A stretch of DNA of 60,182 nucleotides, counting the filler, from Bipalium vagum (Eukaryota), in assembly GCA_037834085.1 (NCBI GenBank). It is 3 parts of 3 records of this genome, joined end to end, with 100 filler letters (N's around TTAATTAATTAA, not from the genome) between each part and the next. Parts side by side here need not be neighbours in the genome. Positions count along the whole stretch, not along the records: positions 43,817 to 60,182 come from JBBMKC010114619.1; 2 more parts are not named here. One strand, 5' to 3'. Each line of letters starts with the position of its first letter. Positions within the stretch are counted from its first letter, which is position 1. Below the pieces are notes generated by a model, which did not search any database, had not been told where the DNA came from, and saw only the letters and a list, made by a program, of their open reading frames with translations. Positions 50,501-60,182 of the stretch are shown here, piece by piece. The position numbers and the translations under genes were made by a program.

Positions 50501-53500
50501 TTTTTTGAAAATAATTGTACTAATGAAAAATTTTTTTAAAAAATGAGAAATTAACAAAATACAAACTAAATTTTTATGCAATACTAATTATTAAACGATT
50601 TTCCGATGAAAATCAAAAGTAAACCGTTACATTTGATATCATTTCCAACAACAGCCAGACATTTTTCCATAAAAAATCAGTTTATTGATTAATACATTTT
50701 GATATATTACATAATTTACTCAGTCTTCTGTAGGAAAATTATTATTTATGAATCAAATGTTTACAACACAATGGAATAAGCAATTGATTAATTTTAAATA
50801 TTTATAGTAAATTTTGTGGTATTCATTGGTCGAATGTATAATTTATTAATAATTAATCTGTATAGAATTATTTTTATGAAAATATGCTCTTATAAAAGAT
50901 CTGTATCATTTAAAAAAAATTTTCATTTGGGCAATGAGTTCAAATTTCCAGAGATATTTGAATGGTTTTAGTTCATATAATGTCGATTTTTCAATTTGAC
51001 ATATTAAAACATAGAAGGAAGGGTTTCTTATAACAGCTTGTACTTAATGTTGTACTTCTATTTTGAGCTGTCCAGAAACTCTTCGATTCAGCACACGCTT
51101 AGTACAATTATAGATTATTTATTCACTGTTTGAAGTCAATTCTCTAATATCTTACAACTTTTCAAGAATATTCCAGCTTTTTTTCTAATCATTAATCATT
51201 TTCTACACTAGTTTTCTGGAGATCAGAGAAAATTCTATTGTTAAATAGTTGAATTCAACTCTATTGAATTCAAAATTCTCGGCAATAGAAGCAACAATTC
51301 TCAAATATAAATATTTAACAAAAATACATTTTGCAAGTTTACATTATTTATATTTTATTTTGGTTCTCAATCTTATAAAATCCCAAACCAGATTTTTCTC
51401 ATGGTTTTTTGATTTATCATATCCATAATTCATTAAATAATGAAATTATCTTAAGTTTTTGATGATTAATTCTATTAAAACTTGCTTTAATTCAATATAT
51501 CTATTACGTGATAATAGTGAGCACCAAAAAATTCTTTACGTCTTACTTATTATTGTTTCTGATACCACAGATCGGAAAAGTCAAAGAAACCTGAAAGAAG
51601 ACTTTTCACTGGAGATGGTTGCCCATATAACATCAATGAAGCGAAGTAGAATTAAGAATGAATGTATATTTAACAAATCTGGTCTTATTTTAGAATTGAT
51701 TTCACTTTCAACGAAGAAGATGATGACAATGCATACAAATTGGATATAAGCGTTTACAAGTGAAATCTAAAATTATTTAAACCTGTTTAATTTCAATTAT
51801 TAAGATATCTCGATTCTTCTTTGCTGGATTGTGACGTTCAACCTAAATATGTCAGAGTACTGATTAAAGGAAAGGTAGATTTATCCATTTTATTTCGTAT
51901 TTAGATAGTTTTTTTAACTTTATGCTGTTATTTATCATTCAAAATTCGAAGTTGTTTTAACAAAGCAGTTAAAATCTTCAGGATTACTGTGAATCGATTT
52001 TAGAATATTATTAGGTCTTCATTTAGGAAATGACGTTTTTACAGAAAACTTAAAACAATTTCATGAGGCCATTTTTATTAAAAATTAACTGTTTGGAATC
52101 GAAAATTATTGGTTAGATATATTTAAAGCTTTATGAGAAGCGAACTTTTTCCGTACCAAGAAATTTTTCATAGTCCGGAACAAATGGTAGTCAGTAGGTG
52201 CAAGTCCGAACTGTAAAGTGAAAGAGCATGAAAAAAATAGTTTTTTCAAGAAATGGCTATTGCTCGCCACATGTTTCGCTTATCTTTCAGTTAATTTATA
52301 GATACCGCCTAAAAATAACTTATCTAATTTTGATGCGAATCATTCAGAGACCCATTTTAGACATCTCTGTATATTTTGAAGTGGTACACAGCATGTTTTA
52401 ACTGCAATGCCCCATTTCTTGACCAATTTGGATTGATTAGACTTCTTCGTTGCGGTATCGATGATTTCCTTTTTCTACTTTAGCATAAAGTTAGCTGCGG
52501 TTGAAGACTTGTTGATGTGCGTGTTGTGGCTTATTGTAGTTGTTATCTGGGAGAAGCATCGCGAGTTTGACCTTGAAAAGCAAACATACAGACTTTTCAC
52601 GACTCTTGCTTTTTAAGAGTCACACAAAAGTGGCATAATAAATTTATTTTGAATTTAATTTTGTTGGAGCTTAGTAGCTGTATAATAGCAAAAGTAGCAT
52701 AGTAGCAAGGTGACATAGTAGAGAGGTGACATAATAACGAGATTTGATTGTATTTAATAAAGATCCGAAGGAAATTATTATTAACGCTGACAAAGAACAA
52801 CCTGAAAAAGAAATATCACATGTATTAAAGTAACATTATAATGAATCATGTTCTGTACTTTAAAGGTATTTTATAAAACTTTAAAAATAAAAATGTATTG
52901 TTCTGTAGCCATAATAACACAATAAAAATGTAATGCTTATAAGTTAAACTAGTGAATAATTTGGTTTAATGACGTCACAATCTATTTGTTGTGGTTGGTT
53001 AATTTTGGTTTCTCCTTCAGATATTCTGTCTGAATTAGACTTTACTGCCAACATCCGGTAGGAAATAAGGTTCTTTCATAATTTCTTTTAATTACGAGTT
53101 TTTGATTTATTATGGAAATGGAATCGTTATTTTTTAAAAAAAATTAGTTGTAATTAATAATTCACAATTATTATTCTATTTAAATTTTTTCTAGCATATT
53201 TTTAAAACTAGAAATTTATCTTTTTAATTTTTTTAGATTGTTATAATAATTCTCCAATCATTTTCTAGATACTCCAGCTGGCTCTGCCTGAAGAAGTCAG
53301 GCCTGATCTATCCACTGCTACCAGATCTAAGGCATCTGGACATTTAATCATAGTTATGCCCAAGGTAATGAAATATTATTTTCTTATCGATTCTATAACA
53401 AATGAGTGGTGTGTATGTTGAAAATTACTCAATTATTTACCTTCAATCGCGTATAATTCTAACGAAATATACATTTCAGTAGTTAATAAATTGAACACAT

Positions 53501-56500
53501 TTACGGACTAGTAACACTTTGAAATGACAATTACTCTCGATATAAATATTTATCCCGAAAAGTTGTTTTGATTTTAAATGAAACTTTAATTAAGACTTGA
53601 TATTAATATTTTTTTAGATATGAAATTAGTAAATAATTAGAAAAATTGTCAAAAACCTTTCATAATTTTTTTGTAACATTCATTATATTCTTAATTTAAA
53701 TCTTGATTTTGAAAAAAAATCAACCAATTGATAAATTTATTTTTGAATGAAATTTATTTTGGGTTTATTCCATTATTTTTTTCTTATTTTATTAAGTGTC
53801 TGTAGATAGAGAATTAAAATAAAATAATTAAAATAAAAATTGGAAAATAATTTATCAAAATTAAAATAATAAATATTTTTTTTAACAATTATTAACGATA
53901 AGTTTTGTTCTATTTTCTTTAGAAAATATGCATATAATTTATTTATCTTCTGTCATATTCATTCTTTAAAAGAGAAGAATAATTTCCAATAGTGATAAAT
54001 ATTTTCAACAAAGAATAGGTTATAATAATAGTATTGGGTTGGCAAGAAATTAATTTCCGATTTTTTTGAATAATCTATATGAAATATTTTTTAATCAAGA
54101 TATGAATTTTCCATTGTTATCAAAAACATGTTGACATCTTCCAGGAAACAAAAAATTTTCGTCATTAAAACCTTTTATCAAAAAACCTTTTACCTGTTAA
54201 AACTGCAATGAGTCAGATCTAACGTAATTATAATCATTAAAAGTTTTAACATTCAAGTTTCAGATCTAAATATTGGTAATCAGAAAAGCGAGGTCTGGAG
54301 TGTGACAAGGTTCAATAATTTTTACCTCGTGGCCAAAAAAAGTTTGCCATTTTGCATTGTCATGATGAAAAAAATTCCATACAAATTTGAGGGTTTCCTT
54401 GGATTTCCGTATTCAATTTTGTCAACTGATTAATAAAAATATCAGAAATAATTTTTTTTCTGTTTTACAACAGTTTGAAGTGTACTATTCTTTGATAATC
54501 CAACTGATCGCATAGTATAAGTTTTTTATCGGAACCTTTATCGGTCGTTTCTGCTTCCTCTGACTTTCATAATAGTCTTTTTCAAAGAAAATCTTTGTGA
54601 CAACTTCATTTTTATTGCCTCTAATCAATTGATTAAAAGATTTTGTGTTTTGTTGCGTTTGATAAGCAAAGAGCAGATTTCAAAGCGTTGTCTAACGTGA
54701 ATTTCCTAAAGTTGATAAGGAACAATATCACACGTTGTTCTCTAATGATTTTCATTTATTAAGTCTTTGATCTCGTTGCCATTGATATATGGTGACCGGT
54801 AGATTGTTGCTTATCTTTGAGTAAAATATCACCCCATCAGAACTTCTCAAACAAATTTCGACATTTTCGTTATATTAATGCATCTTCGCCATAAACTTTA
54901 CATATCATTTTACAAGCTTATCTTAAATTTTTTCCTAGCCGATAGTAGAAAACTGAAATATACATGAAATACGTGTTCTGATCTTCCACAATAAAGCTGA
55001 CAAATAAAAAACTAAACAAAGCAATCTATGAACTTACTGATTAAAACTTAAATCAAACGAATCTATCTTTTAATATTATTTAAACAAAAATTAAATTGTC
55101 TTCATTTAGAATCGGGTATTACTTACCAACCCAATTTTTTCTATAATTGTTAAATGCACTTACTAAATCTTCATCAAAAGAATTTTCATGCATTGAGTTT
55201 ATTTCAATATTCTTTTCTAAAATAAAGATATTTACAAATGAAACAGTTTTTGTATACACGTTTTTTCCCTCATAAAATCAGTGAATGAATTTTTCTTAAT
55301 TTATTCACTTAATAATAAATAAGCCCCATGAAAATCAATTATTTTTTAATTAATTAATCTTTGATTGTTTTAAAAGTTTACAAAATCTTTTAATATGAAT
55401 TATAATAAGTTTTTCGACGTCGTGTATTTTTCCATAATTCATCATTTATTTTATTATTAAGTCATAGTCGAGTACCAAAATTTTCTATAATTATTTTGTC
55501 CGCATCTCCTTATTCATGGTCTACCCGATCTCAATATTATATTATTATATAACACTCAATTATGTTATTAAGCATTTTGAAGTGCAATGATCTAGCTTTT
55601 AGTTTCGCTTTCGCCTTTTTCTACTGACTTTAGATTTCTGGTCTTGCATTAGTTCCTGTTATTACCAACAATTGATAATTATTTTGTCCGCATCTCCTTA
55701 TTCATGGTCTACCCGATCTCAATATTATATTATTATATAACACTCAATTATNNNNNNNNNNNNNNNNNNNNNNNNNNNNNNNNNNNNNNNNNNNNNNNNN
55801 NNNNNNNNNNNNNNNNNNNNNNNNNNNNNNNNNNNNNNNNNNNNNNNNNNNCTTTTAGTTTCGCTTTCGCCTTTTTCTACTGACTTTAGATTTCTGGTCT
55901 TGCATTAGTTCCTGTTATTACCAACAATACATTTTTTCATTCATTTGTTTAATTGAGTTGGAAATCTCTTCACAAATAAATTTCACTGTTATAAAATGTT
56001 TGCTCATCATCATCTAGCTGGTTTATACACATTTTTTATTTATGTATTATTCTTGTTTAATATAATGGTGTCTATTAATAATGAGATTTACACAAAATTT
56101 AGTATCTAAGTATCGTCTTATTTAATTCATCTTTACGGTCCATCATTTGTTGTGATCACAAGTTGAGAGCTATTTCATGTCTGGTTTACACAAAATCTGG
56201 TTGTAAAATAAATTCTCCATTAATCAGGACTTTTCCTCTTCACAAAACAATAATAAATTGATTATCATAGAATTGAAAAATCAAATTTATTATTTTATCT
56301 GCCTTCATTAGTCTATTTCATCAATTCGTTCCGTATTTCCAGAGGCTCTCTGTGTTGTTGTTTTTGAGATACTATTCAGATTTAAATTAAAAATTTTGAT
56401 TGGAAATTATTTTCTCAATAAAATTTTTTTGCGAAAAATAAAAAATGATTTTCAATCGATTTGATACAAACATTTCAGTTATAAAATTAAAAATTGACTA

Positions 56501-58944
56501 AACCTAAATAGAATATCAAATAATTTATCATAATTTTTATAATATTTAGCTGAAAGATATTATCAGACCAAAAGACAAAGATGGGGTTAAGACAAACCAA
56601 GACAAAGAGAACAACAAGTAAGCTTTATTCTTTTTTTTTATTTTTAATTATGTTTTACAAAACAATAATAATAAAATTAAAATATTCTCCAAAACCTTTT
56701 AATTTAATTTTATCGCTTTTTCATAATGACATCTTTAAAGTGAAAAAATTGATTTATGATAATATAATACTGAAGAAATTTAAATTTAAAACCACATTAT
56801 TTAATGTTGCAATTAATCGATAAGCCGGTAACGATTTTAAGTATTTTTTATCAAGGATCAAATTTCTTCATCAATTGATTATCAATATTAAATCTGTCGG
56901 TAATCGGATTTCTAGATTATGATTTTGACGATTAACTTCTCTCAAATTTCATCATATAGAAACTATATAGACATTCATTTAAGTAATTGTTTGTCGATAT
57001 TCATTTCTTACAGAAAATTAATGTAAATTTTATTATTATTATTATTATTATTATTTACTCTTTCTTTAATATTAACATATTTTTATAAAATAATATTATT
57101 ATAATTGAATTTTTAAAATATAAATTGCTTCACCAGTGAATTTAATATAATCGATAATAGTTTTCTGCTTAACATGCATGTTTTTATTATCATTGCAAAT
57201 TATTTTCCTTAACATAAAACTGAAGTTTTCCTTGAATATATTATTGCTATTTTTATATTATGATTATTAGTTTGAACTGATTTTGTATTCTTATAATTCT
57301 TTTGTATAATAAAATGAAATTGGTCATCTGGAAATGTACATTAAAACTCTTTGGGATACAATTACATCATTACCAATATGTTTTATATATTAGATAATTA
57401 TTACAAAGATTTATATTGATTTTCATTTTATTTATTATCAAATTTCAATATAGGCTTACTATTTGATTTTAACAAGATTAAATTGTCATTATTTTTTCAA
57501 ATTGTTATCTGAAGTTATCAAAGTAAATCAATTTTAATGGAATATAAATTTACAAATTACTTTGGCTTTGAACTGACTCAATTTAAGTTGTAGCAAGTGT
57601 ATTTATTTTATATTACTCTTTCAATGTAGTTTTGAAAAATATTTTTGAATAACGTCTTTAATTGTTTTTTTTCGATATAATGATTATATAAATAAATATT
57701 GTTCTAATTTTTGATTTTGTTAGGTATACAAATAAGTAAACAATTTTTTTAATAATCGATTTAAGAAAGAATCTTGAATAAATTTTTAAGTTGAGTTACA
57801 TCTCGATAAAGAATGAACTCAATATTAAAAAAAATTTTTTAGTATCGAATATGGCAAGACATTATGGTTATATTCGGCAATGGATTTCATATAAATTTCA
57901 CAATTGAAAAAATTGCACTGAGATAATGGTGAATGTATTTTGTCTCTTTTACTGTTTACTTCATAAGAGTCTAGATCAATTAAAAGTGATGGTTAAATGA
58001 GATGGTTAAGATTCACAAAGGCCAATGAGAAACAAAATCATCCATAGTAGTGTGACTTTCTATTTTTTTCAATGACGAAATCTTGTCAAATATTATGAGT
58101 CTCTATAATTTAAAGTCTAAAAGTCACTTGTAAATCCCTGACAATCAATACGACTTGGGAAAAAGAAAATATTCATAATTTGATGGATTCATAAGATAAT
58201 ATTATGAATTTTTGGAACCCGTTGAACCAATTGATGAGACCAATATATTAATCATTCTGAACTAAGATTTACATTATTAACACTTGTATTTAGATTAAAG
58301 AGAACCTGAACATAAGTACTCCAAGACAAGATGCGCCATAAGTGGAATATTAGTAAGGATATCTTGTAACACCCACTGTGCTCATCGAGCATTATTGAAA
58401 TAAACTATCACTAGCTTTGATTTATACTATGCGTCATGCTAAAATCCTTTTTAAAAAAAGAATGCCTACTTGACTTGATTATCGCATTCAAATATATAGA
58501 ACTTTTCTCAGAGATACCCTATGATTATCAATGGAAAATTTCTGAAAAATTACATTTATTTAATTTTTATATTTCTTAAAAACTTTAATTTTTTACTAAA
58601 ACTGACAAAAAAATAATAATAAATAAACCTTTTAAGAAAATTATTTTAAAGATTTTTAATTAATGATTTTAATATTTTTATTTGAAGATGCTAATTTAAT
58701 CAATACGTTTTTAACACAAAATTAAATATTTCTTGCATTCTATAAATAAATGAAAATATTTAGCAGCCAATCTGAAAAACGCCTTGCTCCATTGGATTGG
58801 AAAAATATAGTGCAATATGAAAACAGTTCAAATCAGATTGTTTCTAGTAGAATTCTAACCTGTAATAAAGCTAAATCACAAGTTGTGGAACAGCTAAATT
58901 CTCCAGATTTTATTGATGATCCTTCCGTTCCTCCTCTTGAATGA
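47529..58944 (+). CDS. DNAAF11: Dynein axonemal assembly factor 11 (LRRC6/tilB/seahorse), 15 exons, about 426 aa
   Basis: Exons 47529-47538, 47580-47673, 47734-47807, 47854-47931, 47975-48071, 48116-48191, 48241-48351, 48395-48450, 48502-48630, 51571-51645, 51694-51759, 51805-51874, 53269-53364, 56550-56617, 58764-58944 (1281 nt, in frame). Motifs: [80 protein letters not shown] domain [27 protein letters not shown] and C-terminal DDPSVPPLE*. Confidence 0.96.
49839..50220 (+). mobile_element. Tc1-like (DUF4817-type) 5' fragment in DNAAF11 intron 9
   Basis: [56 protein letters not shown]. Confidence 0.7.
51930..52460 (-). mobile_element. Mariner remnant
   Basis: Reverse strand reads approximately [11 protein letters not shown] / [11 protein letters not shown] (a degenerate [13 protein letters not shown]), with downstream RF*LL text. 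Confidence 0.55.
54034..55134 (-). mobile_element. Decayed mariner with both TIRs
   Basis: Left end TTGGGTTGGCAAGAAATT, right end [36 protein letters not shown]...[10 protein letters not shown] start, and SPDLAFLIT-like text. Confidence 0.8.
55491..55928. repeat. 188-bp tandem duplication interrupted by a 100-N gap (55752-55851)
   Basis: 55491-55563 equals 55679-55751, and 55596-55672 equals 55852-55928. Confidence 0.85.
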
Positions 58945-59086
58945 GTGGTGTTTATACTAATAAATGTTTTCGGTTTTTTATTTATTTTTACTTTGGCTCA
59001 ACTCACATCTATCTGAAAGAGACAAGGTTTCAGATATAAAAGATAATTTTCAATTATTATCAATATTAATTTATATTATTTTTATA

Positions 59087-59087
<1 letters not shown>

Positions 59088-59157
<70 letters not shown>
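59088..59157. repeat. (ATT)n microsatellite
   Basis: About 23 perfect units. It explains the poly-Tyr ORF 58964-59158. Confidence 0.95.
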
Positions 59158-59163
<6 letters not shown>

Positions 59164-59444
59164 ATATTGAAAATCAACTGATAACTGACATTTACTTATT
59201 TGATAAAAAATGCTTATTTGAATGATACTTGTTTTATTTTTTATCTTCATTAGCGTCTTATCATTATAATCATTTTAAAAGATGAGTTGTATCCTAATTT
59301 ATTATCCTAATTAATTATTATTATTTTAATTACTTTTAAATCATTTGTTAGATAAAAATTAAAAGTATTTCTTTATATAATTGATTTTTGATAAATAAAA
59401 AGTTTTTAAAAAGTAGTTTAGTATTTTGTATTTAATGAATAATT

Positions 59445-60182
59445 TAGGGGAAGAATCCATTCAACCGATCATCGCGACAACATCTACATCATTACTGGAA
59501 AAATTCATTCCAGAGACTTCAGAGGACTGATGATTTAGAGAAGTTCATCAGATCACGCAATCGCTATTTTGACATGGCGCAAATTAAGAAGAGAGACAGA
59601 AGTATGGATTGAAAAGATGATTCATCCAGACCTAGAAGAATCATACATCAGCACATTAGGGAAAACCTCAGAGTTTGAAGAAAGACTTCGTTTGGCCTTC
59701 ACACATCCAAATAAATCACTATCCATTTTTAAAGAAATAGTGAATTTTAGGCAAGGTGAAGAAGATGTCGAAGTATTTTTCAATAAGGCCGAGGAATTGG
59801 TGGAGAAGATGTTAGCACTGAAGTTAGATAAGGAATCCTTTCTCGTCGAATTGTTACAAAATGGAACGATTCACAAAAAGGTCAAAGAAGAAATTAGACT
59901 ACGAAAGATATCAGACCATCAAGAAAACTATTAAAGTTGTTCCTGAAATGCGTAGAGACAAAGAGAAGATAAGCACAATGAGGTCATACAGGGATGTTGT
60001 CATGGATAAAATATTTGCTAATAATCCGAAAATGAGAAACTCAAAGACCTACACCAATAACCGAAATATGTCACCAACAGCTCTTCCAGAAAGAAGATCA
60101 ATAATTTGCTATGCATGCAATAGGCCTGGACACATAGCTAGATTATGCCCAGAAAGAAAAGAACGGATATGCTATGGATGCG
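59445..60182 (+). mobile_element. LTR retrotransposon gag-like region, frameshifted, running off the window end
   Basis: DDLEKFIR...FRQGEEDVEVFF gag-like text. CCHC knuckle CYACNRPGHIARLC from 60107, and the start of a second knuckle ICYGC at the end. Confidence 0.8.

Noticed and set aside
55450-58300. Possible hAT-like (about 55500-56300, -) and piggyBac-like (about 57900-58250, +) remnants
   Set aside because: Only faint motif resemblance, too weak to call without a search.
3745-58944. Apparent cluster of ciliary mechanosensory genes (Iav-like TRPV plus tilB/DNAAF11)
   Set aside because: They are separated by two artificial contig spacers, so their proximity is not evidence of linkage.
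58964-59158. Poly-tyrosine ORF
   Set aside because: It is the translation of an (ATT)n microsatellite.
1-60182. CRISPR arrays, operons or prokaryotic defence systems
   Set aside because: The sequence is eukaryotic with spliceosomal introns, and no regularly spaced repeat-spacer array was seen.

Overview
AT-rich, intron-containing eukaryotic (very probably metazoan) DNA. It is three pieces joined by two artificial 100-bp spacers (44 N + TTAATTAATTAA + 44 N at 27928-28027 and 43717-43816), plus one plain 100-N gap. Splicing exons by hand (the ORF track misses most of them) gives four + strand protein genes. These are the last two exons of a LUC7-like U1 snRNP factor, a 14-exon OSM-9/Inactive-type TRPV channel (about 754 aa), the first six exons of an extended synaptotagmin (cut off at a contig end) and a complete 15-exon DNAAF11/LRRC6 (about 426 aa). 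The rest is dense with Tc1/mariner-superfamily remnants (DD34D, DD37D-like, DD37E-like and DUF4817-type), one near-intact mariner, a MITE with perfect TIRs, a decayed Ty3/gypsy pol, a gag fragment and a tRNA-like element with a collapsed anticodon arm. The most unusual signals are very degenerate 5' splice sites (13 of 34 lack both -1G and +5G), a sharply bimodal intron-size pattern tied to transposon insertion, a divergent short-tailed TRPV and an 80-bp intronic inverted repeat. I see no clearly new multi-gene system.
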